Of a DNA stretch of 64,000 nt, positions 1-12,621 are shown in pieces; position 1 is the stretch's first letter, and every line of letters begins with the position of its first letter. The notes beneath the pieces were generated by a model. It saw only the letters and a list, made by a program, of their open reading frames with translations. It ran no database searches and was not told the origin of the DNA. Origin of the DNA: Schmidtea polychroa (Eukaryota); assembly GCA_044892525.1 (NCBI GenBank), contig CM097887.1:1302001-1366000 (forward strand), read 5' to 3'. A program made the translations under genes and the position numbers.

Positions 1-964
1 AATTCACAACAAAGTAATTAAAGTGCAAAAATATTAATTAAAAATCAAAAAATTTTAAAAACGAATATTTCCCAAGGGATGCCGAAACAATAAGACGAGT
101 TCAAATATAATAAAATAAAATCAGTGGGGGGGGCTCTAGAGGACTTAATTACAAAAAACTAAAATTAATTAAAAATTAATTAGCTAATGGAGAACCCGAG
201 CAATGTGAGAGAACCTGTATGGTCAATCAAATTAGTAGGGGCAATTAAATCAGCGGACTAATAATTAAATTGGAAGAAACCATCATAAGAGACGAGCAAA
301 TTCTTCAAACTAGTTAGAGCGACAAGAGGAAGTTCGAGGGAAATGGATCCGAAATAATTTGACAATGTAAAATCAAATTACGAGATGTATACAAAAGCAA
401 CCGGCAAGTAAACAGAATTGCCAGTAGGTCGAAGAAACGTAAACGAATAATTTAGCGAAAGTAAATAAAGAAAACTTTGAACTTAGTGATAACTGAATAT
501 TTTCGAATCGAGCGTACCAGAAATGGACATCTCCCATTGGAAGATTAGGTTTACATTGGTATTGAAAAGTGCAGAGCAAAAAGAGTTGTTTAAAGTGTGG
601 TTGTGTCAATAAAGAGTGTAATCAAAGTGTAATTGTATTAGTCTCGAATAAATATTCTGTGTTGGGTTGTTTAACTTAATTTCAAAAGGACACCAAGGAG
701 TCAGGCCATGATACCGTCTTGCACCAAATATCCAACAATAATAATATGAACATAACAAAAAATAAATTACAAGATTGAAACAAAATCAAATGGATTGCGA
801 TAAGAAGGAATAAAAGATAAAAATAAAATTTCGCAAAAATAATTTTAAAAAAGAAATAAGAAAAAAAACATTTGTAATAGGTTAAATTATCAAAAAAGGA
901 ATCAAAATGAATGAAAGTCTTGAAATATTTGAATTTGTTTAAATGAACTAATGTACGCACATCA

Positions 965-1366
965 ATTCGAATGGTAATACTTAAGTTTTGGGGGGGGCTG
1001 AATTCAAAAATGAGTTAATTAATATATACTCTGAGTTTATCCGACAAGATATTCTGTCCCCCTATGGGTATTGCTCACAAGGTACTACTCACATTCAACA
1101 TGTCGTAAGGGTATTAGTCGTAAAGGTATTTAATGCTTTTATTTGAATGATTATTTAGGCAAATTTGTTGTTTAAGGCATTCATTGATAATTTTACCAAA
1201 AATTCACAAAAATGATAAAAATTACGACATGTTGAATGTGAGTAGTACCCTTGTCTTGAAGTACCCCATAGGGGGACAGAATATTTTGTCGGATAAACTC
1301 AGAGTATATATTAATTAACTCATTTTTGAATTCAGCCCCCCAAAACTTAAGTATTACCATTCGAAT
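965..1366. mobile_element. Foldback MITE with ~145-bp inverted arms (Merlin-like termini)
   Basis: 965-1108 is the near-perfect reverse complement of 1222-1366. The palindrome ATTCGAAT sits at both ends and could be an 8-bp TSD, leaving GGTAATAC...GTATTACC termini. GG..CC ends with an 8-9 bp TSD are typical of Merlin; the superfamily call is inference. Confidence 0.8.
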
Positions 1367-1489
1367 ATTAAAAAACTTGTGACACTTCTAACAAAAAATA
1401 TTAAATGTCCTCATTAATCGCTGTTATTTATATAAATTATTTTTGATCAGACATTTAGGCCATTCTTTCAACATGGGTTATCTTGATCT

Positions 1490-1920
1490 CTAGATCTTGA
1501 AAAAGAAGAGTCGTGAATGGCTTCAGTGTTCTAGCAAAATCAATGAAGCCGACTTGCCGAGTCTAAATAGAAAAGCAATCATCCCAATCATCGCATCTCA
1601 TGTTCACGATTTCATTACTAGTGCCTTCATCACCCAGGCTCCAGTACTCTTTGTTCTGTCAGTTTCCAATCAATATATATGGCCCTTTCTTAAATTGAAA
1701 AATCTTTTGAATGATAGCTTCACCAAATGGAGATTCAAATCACGTTTTCTGATAAAATTCAACGTCTTAATAACTTGATCCATAACATGTTTCATTATGA
1801 TACATTAGGGACAAGTGCTAACACAATGATACAATTTGTTCCTTCAACTTCTCTTTCAGAAAATAGATAAGCCCCAGCTTGTAACCCACCATAGCTGGAA
1901 CGCCACCTATAATTACTCCT
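1490..1920 (-). pseudogene. Decayed hAT (Buster/SPIN, GTF2IRD2-like) transposase fragment
   Basis: Minus-strand frames give GGVPAMVGYKLGLIYFLKEK (cf. DGAPAMVG motif) and MKHVMDQVIKTLNFIRKRDLN (cf. M.HVM..VVKTVNFIR), broken by stops and frameshifts. Confidence 0.6.
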
Positions 1921-2590
1921 ACTAGGTTGTTCCAATCAAGTGCATTAAATATATCATATTCTGAGAACGATTTTCAATTGATAATAATTCTTGGAAAACG
2001 TTTACGAGCTGCAGTTCAACAGTTCGAGAGCCGCTGATTTAGAATGATAATTTCCTGCACACACATTTTATGGAAATGCCTACAAACGAGCGTATGTACA
2101 GTAAGAACTGAGCAGGAAACTGAATTCACAGAGCAAAAGAAGCACAGAGGACCTGATCAATTGACCATATCATTATGGAGCATCCAGTCTAGATACAGTG
2201 CAAGGAGAGCAATTGCCACCAATACACAACTGGCCTGTCCATCAACGAATTCCAATGCGTGATAACGCCATAGTTAATATTTGTACGCAAGCAGCTACCC
2301 AAGGGGTTCCCGTCCTCCAGAGCAATTTATCAGGAACATTGAGAATTATTTCCTGAGCAATTGGATGAACTGAGCTCTTTCATTTTTGCTTACAATGCTG
2401 AGGAATTCACATTTACTGAATCCTCCCTATGCTGACCTTACAGGGATACACAATGCGCAGCCCCCATCGCTCCAGGAGTTACTATTAACTCATTATCGAT
2501 TATCCATTTCATTTGTATGACGGCATCATGAATACCACGAACTGCTGTAACCCTCCCTCTCCTACCCACCCCTCACCATCATGCCACCCT

Positions 2591-2722
2591 NNNNNNNNNN
2601 NNNNNNNNNNNNNNNNNNNNNNNNNNNNNNNNNNNNNNNNNNNNNNNNNNNNNNNNNNNNNNNNNNNNNNNNNNNNNNNNNNNNNNNNNNNNNNNNNNNN
2701 NNNNNNNNNNNNNNNNNNNNNN
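2591..2722. other. Assembly gap (N run)
   Basis: Run of N. Confidence 1.
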
Positions 2723-2723
2723 C

Positions 2724-2841
2724 CAGTGGCGCACTCAGAACAGTTGCCAATGGGAATGAAATCAAATCCTCCATCAAATCATCACCTTGAAAGAGCGAGC
2801 AAATAAAGGCTCCCATTAGCAACTATCTGGATACGCCACCG
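2724..2841. mobile_element. ~120-bp hAT-type MITE just downstream of the UQCC1 stop
   Basis: Imperfect TIRs CAGTGGCGCACTCAGA ... TCTGGATACGCCACCG. The TSD cannot be checked because the left flank is in the gap. Confidence 0.5.
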
Positions 2842-2868
2842 AGATGAGAGAATGGAAGAAATTATATT

Positions 2869-4007
2869 TTATTGAATGCCAACATCCCCAGGTAAAGTAA
2901 GGCAATGTGAAATCCTTTCCTTGGCATAGAGCTTATTCAATGAATCGCCTTCAATGGGCAAAAATGAAATTTCACCCAATTTCAGGAACGCTTCCGAGCT
3001 TATTGTGTTCAAGTGAGCCAGCTGTTTGTATATATAAATGAGCATTTTCTCAATCAGAATCACATCGCCATCTTTGATCTCAGAGAACTGAAACATGATA
3101 TTGGTCCAAATGACATCGGCAAGAATGAAATCAGACGATTTCAAGATCGATTCGTCAAGTCCCACCATTAAATAGAGCATTTGAGATGTTTGGAAATTTA
3201 TAAATTGCTTCTCCTGTTCCCGAGTAAACTTTTTTGCACGTTTCTTCGTGTCCTTATAGAGCGTCTGAAAGGAATTCGTGTCAAAATGTGCTTTAATAAA
3301 TATCGCAATTATTCACATTCTAATTTCAGATTATTTCATACAAAAATTACTAAAAATGGCGGCCAATTGATGAATAATAACAAATGGCTGTATCATATCG
3401 AATGATTCCAATGTTTGTCTCTGTAATTACCAATTAATAAAATGGCACTTTTACATGATGACAAAAGTTTAATTATCGAAATCGAAGAATTTATGAAATC
3501 AATATTGAAATGACTAATAGAAATAAATTTAATCAACCAATCAAAATTCTGTATTGAAATAAAATAAAATTTAATTTCAAGGCTTTCAAATGTTACACTT
3601 ACATCAAACATAACATATTTGGCCATTCTACCCTCTATTCCTTCATCTTCCAATCTCAATCCAATCATCCAAACATGAATACACATCATTGTAAACCAAG
3701 TCTGATAGCAATCTGGCAATTTAAAATAATTTAGATAAGTAGAAAATTCGGGATACTCTAAGAAATAATAGATATATTATTTCATACATCAAATTCAATT
3801 ACCTGCTGCAATAGCATACAACTTTGCGCCAGATCCATAGATCTCTCGTTCTCTAAATCTTATTTTAGTAAGTCCAACGCCTATTTTGACATATTCCCAA
3901 GCAGATAAACCAATTCCAGAAAAGTTTACTTCCTTTTTCCCATAATGTTGTGATAAAACGATTATTGGTTTGAATTTACATATATTTGTAATTGCCCTTC
4001 TGAGCAT
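2869..4007 (-). CDS. UQCC1: Ubiquinol-cytochrome c reductase complex assembly factor 1 (Cbp3 family), 3 exons, ~251 aa
   Basis: Exons 4007-3803, 3757-3603 and 3264-2869 join in frame via GT-AG introns. Motifs LPDCYQTWFTMMCIHVWMIGLRL, GLDESILKSSDFILADVIW and YIYKQLAHLNTI match the Cbp3/UQCC1 pattern. The N-terminus (MLRRAITN...) is basic and resembles a mitochondrial transit peptide. Confidence 0.88.
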
Positions 4008-4656
4008 TTGAAAAAACAACCTTGAATCTAAACAATCTTTAATTCATTTAAAGTTTAAACTATAATGAAAATTATAAATCTTAATTTTCAACAATATTTT
4101 ATTAAAAATTCATAAAACTTTCAATAACCTTTGATTTATTTAAGAAACAAAGAAGTTTTTCAAGACAAAATTCATAATCAAGTACAAATTATGAAATTAG
4201 TTATTAATTAAAAATCGAAAAGTAAGCACAATATATGACTATTGACAACTACAGTTAAGTAGAATAAAATAATTACTATCTAAGACACATTTATCCATAG
4301 AAAATATTTTTTATTTTCAAATTCTTTTCAATTGGTTTTTATAGTTTTAACCTGCCCACGCGCAATAAAAGTTTACAACTTAAAACTCTAAATTCTATTT
4401 TTCTTATTGTACAGAATAATATATCTGATCCGTAACAGATGCATCACCATCTCAACTCGACAATTTGATATATTTAGTACATTCAAATTGTCACCGGTCC
4501 AATCAAATATGATTATCAATAAAGAGATAATCAACCAATCAAATTCTATTAAATATATTTATAACAGCATCACCACCCGTGTCAAATCAACCCCAATAAA
4601 AACGGATGAAATTAAAATTAAAAATTACATCGCACTGAAAGACCGAAAGTAGTGCC

Positions 4657-6228
4657 TCACCATGGGCAACTATCGGGGAGGGCCTCAGCGCTATTGAATA
4701 TAAGGATGTTGCCGAGTTCTGTCAGTCGGGCAGCATCGCTAGGCAATTGTCCCAACACGAACAAATTCATGCCCATCTTTGGCTCGAACTTGTTGCCATA
4801 GGCGTCTTGAACGATGAAATGGTGAGCACGCAAATCGAACCGCTTGATAAGGTGCCGGGAGGAGTCAAGTGCGAACCAGCCCTCGTCATCCTCCCACCAT
4901 GGAAACGTACAGAAGAAATAGCAGGGACAGCCATCATCGAGTATCTGATTGATGCGATCTGCCACATTCTTCATTAGGTCATTCAGGAAGGGCGGGTTGA
5001 CCGACCAGCCGCCGCAATGCTCCCGCATATCCACATCAAAGAAATTGCCCAAACTCCCAAACACCCGATCTGTATCCGGGAACAAGCTGCAGAAATGCGT
5101 CTCATCGTACTCTGAATGCAACAATTACGATTTCAATTTAATAAAATGATAATAGCGAGAGTCAAAAAGAAACGGTTGCTATGGCTACCGGATAAATCCC
5201 AAAAGTCGGTTATGGGCACTCATTAGTCACGCAAATTGTCAAATATCAAATAAAGGGCAAACAAATGAACCTCACACACACGCACGCGCACACACAAACT
5301 GATTGCTTCAACCAATACAATTACGATAAGCGCCAAATCAATAATGCCCACCTATAAAGCGAGAATTCACTGGCGATGCGAATCCTTCGTGACGAACATT
5401 GAATTGATCGTAAAGAACTTTATGAACCTCCTTTGGATCACCCCATTGATAACTGCCGTTACCAAATGATTCGTAACGGAGGAGCATGCGAGCTGAGGCG
5501 ATAATTCCTCCCTTTGTGACGAGTAACTCGACACGTGGGACTTCGGGACTTTGAAATTTGTTGACAACGATGATTTTCCGGCTGCTATTGTATTCTACAT
5601 GGAGCGGTTCGGTTAGGTTATGAGGAATGACATTTGAATGATTTTTAGCTATAAACTTCAGGATTGCTTCTGTTTTCTCGTCAGCTTCGTCTACTGTCAC
5701 AAATCGTTTTTCTATAATTGCAGCTCTAAGAAACTGAGCTGCTGGGTCTTTTAGAGAGATTTTGGGTAAAATGGAGTAATATTCATATTTTGGAACGCGA
5801 TTAAAGTCTTCGTTTACGAAAATGAACCACCTTTGTAAGGTATTTGTAAACTCTTGTTCACCTTTTGAAGTAGAAATATTCATTAAATATTTTCCTTTCT
5901 CATATAATTTGTTATTGATAAAATCCCATTGAACATATTCTTTATATAATTCAATATCATTAGCTTGGTCTATAATTTTATTGTCTTCTTTGCTATTGCG
6001 CAACCTCCTTTCAGATTCCATATCATTATTTCTATCATTTTGACGTTTTTGTCTCTCTGAATTGGAATTAAGATCGTTTGATAATCGCTTTGAATTAATT
6101 TTATTTCTTAAGTCGGAGCTAGACAGACTACCGTTCATGTCACTATAGTTAGTCGTATTATTTCGATTGCTAGTATGATTTCTTTTAAATCTTTTATAAT
6201 CATGTTTATAAATTTGTTCATGCGACAT
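4657..6228 (-). CDS. PCIF1: PCIF1/CAPAM-like cap adenosine N6-methyltransferase domain protein, 2 exons, ~443 aa, no WW domain seen
   Basis: Exons 6228-5352 and 5111-4657 join in phase 1. They give EGFASPVNS, FCSLFPDTDRVFGSLGNFF, catalytic NPPF and F.PWW, the motif series of the PCIF1 methyltransferase domain. Orthology to animal PCIF1 is not established. Confidence 0.8.
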
Positions 6229-6659
6229 TCTAAAAAGAAAATTATAAATAACATTTGGAAAACTAATAGACTAAATTTTAAAAATCTTCATACTAAAATA
6301 TTTAAATTAAAGTTAATGTTATAGAAATTTAAAACAAATTCATTTTAATTTAATTTTCCTGATTTTAGATGTTTTTTAATTTTCATAAATTAATAAGTAA
6401 AAAGTGGTTCTCTCAAATTGCTTTATTTGAGATAAAACAAAAATTGAAATGATTTTCTATAATTTTAAAAGTGATTATTTTTAGAAAAATTTTAATGAAA
6501 ATATTTAATCTTCATAACCATTGATCAATTTTCATTTTTAATTTTCTTGATCTTCATTTTTGGCAGTACATAAATTTGGCGTAAAATAAATAAAATATTG
6601 ATATATTTTTTGAAATGAAGATAAAAGAAATTCAATCTTTCTGTAATTTATCTTATAAT

Positions 6660-7730
6660 TGTTGGCGCTTATGGGGTGTGTTGTTAAATTTTCAAGGGTT
6701 TCTTTCAGATTTCTCAACAACTCTTTCATTAGCACCTTCGTGGTTATTTTCCTTTTTACCGCCCGTGTACCCATTGCTATTAACCATGTTGCTAATGCAG
6801 AGAGTAACTGAAAAAAAATTGCGCAGGTGAGCTCCACCGCTAAAACTATTCCTCATCGCATTTTAACTTTCGGGTTAATAACTACTGAGAGAGGTCTTAC
6901 GTCGCTTTATCATTATACATCCATTTCTTGGAATATTGTTCTTTCTTGTTTATTTAGTTATGATCCTCATTATTTGACGTCATTCAATGTTATTTTCAAA
7001 AATTTGAGCAGGGATCTACTCTTATTTCTCATTTCGAAAATGCTGTTCCAAGATCTTTTACAGTGATTGTTATTGGCTAAGTATAATTTATGCTGTGAGC
7101 CTATACGAGAGAAAAATGCGATCATTTTCATTAATGTGAAATTATGAAGTTTAACTCCCCGAGACAGAATGTTTTGCTAACTATTCTGTTATGACGCAAG
7201 ATTTTGGTCGGTATTTTTGCCAATTTGTGATACTCATCCACGCATTCTTTGCCACTCTAAAATTCGCGTGTAAAAATTTCTGAAAAAACTTACTCGAGTG
7301 ATGTATGATTTATTTAATTGTGCTTGAATGATTTTTTTGCATTTAATTGATTGTTTTAAACAATTAAATTATTTGATAATTTTTTTCATTTTTCATTGTT
7401 TTTCCTTAGAGATATTCATGGAAACTTTTTATTATTATTATTTAACGAATTCTCTCATTATTATTTTTAAATTCTCCACTTTTTGTTGTAGCTTTTCAAG
7501 TGTCCAAATTTTTCGAATGTGTTGCTTGTCACTGAACTAAGTTTGTGATTGTAACTTCTTGAGTTTATCATTTTTATTATAAGTGTTTATTTATTCTCAA
7601 TGTGTTGTATGCTTTACTTTGTATTATTTGATGTATAATTATAGATTTTTATTCCATTTGGTGCGGTTTCCATGTTATGTATTTCCTAGGCATTTTAACA
7701 AGCTCGAAATATTTTGCCTCTAGCTCAACA
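6660..7730 (-). mobile_element. Solo-LTR-like dispersed repeat, copy A (internally deleted, inverted)
   Basis: On the minus strand it starts TGTTGAGCTAGA and ends GCGCCAACA. It shares blocks (AATACATAACAT..AACCGCACC; AGTGGCA.AGAATGC.TGGATG; GAT.CC.GCTC..AAAT.TTTG; GAGCTCAC.TGC) with 26223-28132 and 46575-48337. Flanks TAAT/TAAC may be a decayed 4-bp TSD. Confidence 0.75.
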
Positions 7731-8735
7731 TAACCCTTAGAAGGCTAGTTCTCTTTCACTGGCACAAAATACGATGTTTAGATACTTAATGATTAGGTAT
7801 CACATAAGGAACCAAGTAACTTTAAACGCTTTTGGCTTGATTAGTTACGGGAGTGTTGGCCTTTAAAAGTTAGAATAATTTTATTTAAAACATAATCAAG
7901 ATTTAAATCCTTGTAACCTCTTCTCCACTTACTAAATATCTTACAAATTAATATATTTAGTCTCCAATTGCTTCATCTCTAGATTCGAGGCACCTTAAGT
8001 GCTATTAGAAAAAGATCTAAATTTATTCATAAGTTGTTTCAAAAATATATTATTAAAACAAAAACAATTTTCCAAAATAATATAGGTGGAGAATTTAGCT
8101 AAATATAAATAATACATTCCGATTAATGTCATTATACAATTTCAACATTTCACAAACATACGAATTCATAATAATATTTTTAAATACATATTACAACTAC
8201 TATTAATCTTATAGTTATTAGAAGTTGTGTTATGTAAATATTATGATAAAAACGAACTTTTAACTATATATAGTTACTGAAAAACAAACATTTAACACTG
8301 AAATGCCGTTCCAAATTTTAATGAAAAATTACTCATCAGTCCGATTCATAGATTACTCGGTATTCCAAACATAATCCAGTTGACTGCCAACAATTCACTA
8401 TCAGACCCACCCCGTCACTAAATGAAGTCAATTGGCTTGTTCAACAGTGCAACCTTATATTCAAAGTTAATTTACTCTCAAAAATCTTTAATCAACAATT
8501 TTTATTTAAATAAACAACATCTGCACGGTTGAATAAATCTGAGCTTCACGGATCAAAAATTCTACTGAACAAAGTGAAACTGTTAAAGTTCATCAACTGA
8601 AAAATTTTCTCAGTTTTATGGTTTTTATTATGTTTGGTCACGCACAATCGAAATGAAAGATTCCAGCCCACTCGATTTATGGGAGGTATAAAATGATCAC
8701 AAAATGATTACAGCATTCAATAACAAATATCAACC

Positions 8736-9189
8736 ATGAAATTGCTGATCCTGGTCGGTATCTTCGTGGCGTTGGCATTGGTTAATGTCGAATGCGTTAG
8801 CAAGTCAAAAAAAAGTAACCTATAAACTTGATAAAGATTTCCTAAACTTGCTTTTCATTTATTCAGATGTTGATTGCTTGTCGATGTTGGATAAGATTGA
8901 TAGGGAATGCGACAGGAAATATTTGATGCTCGACAGCAATTGTGACAGCCGTTACGCTTACTTGCACAAGGTTTGTGATATTAAATACGAGAAACTAAAA
9001 GGCCGATGCAAATTGAGGATGTCAATGCGTTGCATTCAAAAATATGGGAAGCTGGACAGGAAATGTCTGCGAGAATATGACAGAGTTGATAGCTTTTGTG
9101 ACCAAAGGTACAACGTATTGGATACTCATTGCGATGGCTTGTACAAGTTGCAGAAGAAATGTGAGGATAACAGTAAGGCGAAATTTTGA
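8736..9189 (+). CDS. Secreted cysteine-rich protein with 11-residue periodicity, 2 exons, ~133 aa
   Basis: ATG at 8736 encodes a signal-peptide-like MKLLILVGIFVALALVNVEC. A phase-1 intron 8815-8866 (GTAACC...TTATTCAG) joins in frame to VDCLSMLDK...; there are 10 Cys after the junction. Confidence 0.8.
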
Positions 9190-9421
9190 ATTGGTATAAT
9201 CTTATGATCTCAATTTCTAGGTAAATGAACTGTTGAATGTTTTTTATTCGTAATAGTTTTACCTTTCGCTGAGTTGAATAAATCCTTACTGTTATTTTTG
9301 TGTTTTATCATTTTTAATTACTCAATAATTAAAGAAAAAATTATTAAATTTTTATCTATTTGTGTGACCTTGACATTCATAAGTATTTTAATTTAATTGG
9401 ATTATGTTAATTATATATTTT

Positions 9422-9448
9422 AACTAGCTTTGTACCCGGCTTCGCCCA
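9422..9448 (+). mobile_element. Possible Helitron/Helentron-type terminus fragment
   Basis: AACTAGCTTTGTACCCGGCTTCGCCC resembles the common ACTAGC..ACCCG..CTTCGCCC helitron-like end; the other end was not found. Confidence 0.3.
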
Positions 9449-9622
9449 AATTTACATTTATTATAATAATTCATTTAAAATTATTTTTTTATTTTAGATA
9501 TTTTCACATAATCTCTGACACATGAGTTTATCTTCTAAATAAAACAATTTAAAACATTCAGAAAACACAAACCATCGAGATGTATAAACACTACTCAAAA
9601 TTCTACTTTTATATGTATTTAA

Positions 9623-9827
9623 CACTAGATTTACGGGTAAAAATAGTTATAAAAAATTCGATATGCGAAAAGAGGGAGTCGGTAGACGAGAGTAATTAAT
9701 ATTTACCTATATTTCATGACGTATCTAATAACCAACATGCGTATTCAAAAAATAATAAATCAGTATTATGTATATGTAGCAATAGAATTTTAAATGAGTC
9801 AAATTGGCTTAGTCCGTAGATCTAGTG
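9623..9827. mobile_element. 205-bp piggyBac-type MITE
   Basis: TIRs CACTAGATTTACGG / CCGTAGATCTAGTG, flanked on both sides by TTAA (9619-9622, 9828-9831). Confidence 0.75.
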
Positions 9828-11837
9828 TTAATTTCAATTATTTGATTTGATTTTTATATCAATTATTTACTGAAATATGTTAATTATTAGTAAATATTAT
9901 TTATAATTTTGATCAAAGCTTGATTATGTCAATTAATTGTTTAGGATTTGTTATGAACCAAATTATTTATTATCGAAATATAAAATTAGCGTAATAAAAT
10001 TCAAGTAAAAAACTATAAAATTAGAAATTAACATTATTAAATATCAAGGTCACGCGAGTTTTCAGTCATTTTAATTGAATTTTAATGATAGGAAATTATA
10101 AATGATATTGTTAGGATTCTCATCCGTTAAAATATTAATATCGGTTTGCAAATTACTCGATAACTCCAAAAATTTTATTTAATAAATTATGCACTTATTA
10201 TTTAAACAAATTTCAATGTTCTTTTTAAAATATTTTTAAAATTTAACAAAATTTCTGATTAAATCTTTTAGAATCTTTCCTCTTCCTCATAAATATATTT
10301 CCTTCATTTTATTGTAAGGACGTAAATAAGTAGGTAAAATTGAATGAAATTCAGAATCAATTTCTCAGCCCATAGTAGAAAATGTACAATAACTGCATAA
10401 GATAAAATTTCCCCATTCTTTTCATGTATACAACGCCTTTTGTTAGATTTGTCAGATTTTGTAATTAATGTTTTCATTTGATATCCTCTGTACCTTTTAC
10501 TCTTATGTCCATTTTATGTGAATGGTAAAATCAAGGAACAATACATAGTGAGAGGAGCAAAATAAGGATTTGTCTATCCATGTCGACAACGCTACTATGC
10601 CTGTCTATAGGCTACATAATGATACATATCTTAAAAATCCAACCTTATGATATTATATATCTTCCACAGATGCTACTGTAATGAGTTCATTAAACGAATA
10701 AAACTTCATTCTTTGAACATCATTAGGTATTCTGATAATGATGGACCTAGATTTTGTTTATCACAATCTGACTACAATCAAACGCTAGAAAAATATTCTG
10801 ACAGAAAATGAGTGACAAGAGTCTTTTTGGATGTTCATGAACCATATGAAACCCCTTTGTAGTTCTGAAGTTATGTGTAAGTATAATATGTATTTGACGA
10901 CTGATGATGCCACTGGGGCACAAAGTTAAGGAAACAATTAGGAAGCTGTAATATATAGTAACCAATATTTGGGTAGGGTTGGTTCATAAAGGCAACAAAG
11001 GAATGATTCTGTATCTCAGGTACAATAAAACAAAGGCATAGGAAACATTTATTTCATTCCATTATTGCTAGTCCAAGCCTAATCACGTCCGTTTTCTCCA
11101 TCATTTCAGCCATTTCTAAAAATAAAAAATTATGAAATATATTTTTAATATTGTTTAATAAATTTGATTTTAATTTGCATTTCATTTCATTTGATTTTAT
11201 TATCATATAATCTTTTATCTTCTTCACTTTTTATCTTTATTACTTTCACCTAGTCGATAAATACTTTGCTTACCATTGAACACGAATGCTTGCCTCATTC
11301 GAGTCTTTCAACACAAAATATTGATCAATAATTGGAAAAGAAATAATAAAAAGATTAAATTGTAAAAAATTATAAAATAAAAATTAATCCTTTGAAATTA
11401 TCAATTGAAATATTACCCCCCCCCCTCCCCTGCTCTGCCATATTTTATGGGCGACAATGGATTGAATAATTCATTACACATTTTACAGTGAACAGAGATT
11501 CAATAAGGCGTTAGTAGATAAAGGCTATGACTGATGGGCCCAGTGTCATATGTCGAGTTTGCCGCTGGCCATGCCTGTGAGACATTTTTCTATATTTATC
11601 TATTATTTTCATTAAAAAAGCGCAAGAAAATTTGTTTTACCAATGAAAAATAATTTTTCAAGTCACCTCTTCAATATGTCAAAAGGGAACCATATATGTT
11701 GGTGAAAATGGCTCATAGGGTACAAAGATACTCAGCATATGAACCTTTATCGACACACAAATGATGAAAATACTCTTGGCATTAACAAATTGGATATTGG
11801 AAATATTCCTACCCATCCAGAAAGAAAAGGTAAATAT

Positions 11838-12079
11838 CTTGGTCCCAATAGGCTTGGTCCCAATAGGCTTGGTCTCAATAGGCTTGGTCCCAATAGGCGT
11901 GGTTCCAATAGGCTTGGTCCCCATAGGCTTGGTCCCAATAGGCTTAGTCCCAATAGGTTTGGTCCCCATAGTCTTGGTCCTAATAGGCTTGGTCCCAATA
12001 TGCTTGGTCCCAATAGGCTTGGTTCCAATAGGCTTGGTCCCAATAGACTTGGTCCTAATAAGCTTGGTCCTAATAGGCT
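11838..12079. repeat. 15-bp minisatellite (GGCTTGGTCCCAATA) x ~16
   Basis: Directly visible tandem units with scattered substitutions. Confidence 0.95.
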
Positions 12080-12621
12080 CACATCTACCTACTAATTTGG
12101 GGAAAAAAGAAAAATATTTTAAACAATGGGCATTTTTGTCGCACTTTTTCAACACCAAACCCAAATGCTTTTGATAATATTGTTGATAATATTGTCTAGG
12201 GGGAGCCGCATAAATAATATGTTAGTTCGGTTTTTTAGGAATAAAATTGTTTTAATACAACGGTAGCTCTTAATATAAACCCTTTCACCCTTTTATTCTC
12301 AGGCAACCAAATTTCTACAAAAAAGTTAAAAATTTTCTTAATTGTGAAATGAATGAAATAAGAATTTGACTGGAACGCCTGTTGATTGTTAAATGAATTT
12401 CATGGTCATGAAGTATATAAATCATTTGATACCTGATGGCACATGACGTTCCACAAGGGTAGAGGTTTGCACAGTAATACTTGTTTGATTTGTACCTTGC
12501 AAAGCAGTGCAAGTTGTGGAAACAACTGAATTTGGGGGTGCAATTTATGGCCGTATTATGGACCCATTTCCTTATTCGGGACCCCAATAGCTCATCAAAC
12601 TGGGGACTACCTAAATGATGA

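Noticed and set aside
1-700. Possible LTR fragment (G-run then polyA-signal-rich tract)
   Set aside because: No second copy or clear termini in the window; the resemblance to 25950-26220 is too weak.
4407-4652. 81-aa plus-strand ORF
   Set aside because: It starts at TTG, has no recognisable motif and is better explained as the antisense of the PCIF1-like 3' UTR.
5176-5189. RFX X-box-like GTTGCTATGGCTAC (also near 55992 and 56122)
   Set aside because: Mismatched to consensus, located in an intron or without a defined downstream gene, and unsupported by other evidence.
6538-7066. ORFs of 71-99 aa upstream of the PCIF1-like gene
   Set aside because: They lie within the dispersed LTR-like element and the frames are not conserved in the other two copies.
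11679-12174. Four overlapping repeat ORFs
   Set aside because: By-products of the 15-bp tandem repeat.
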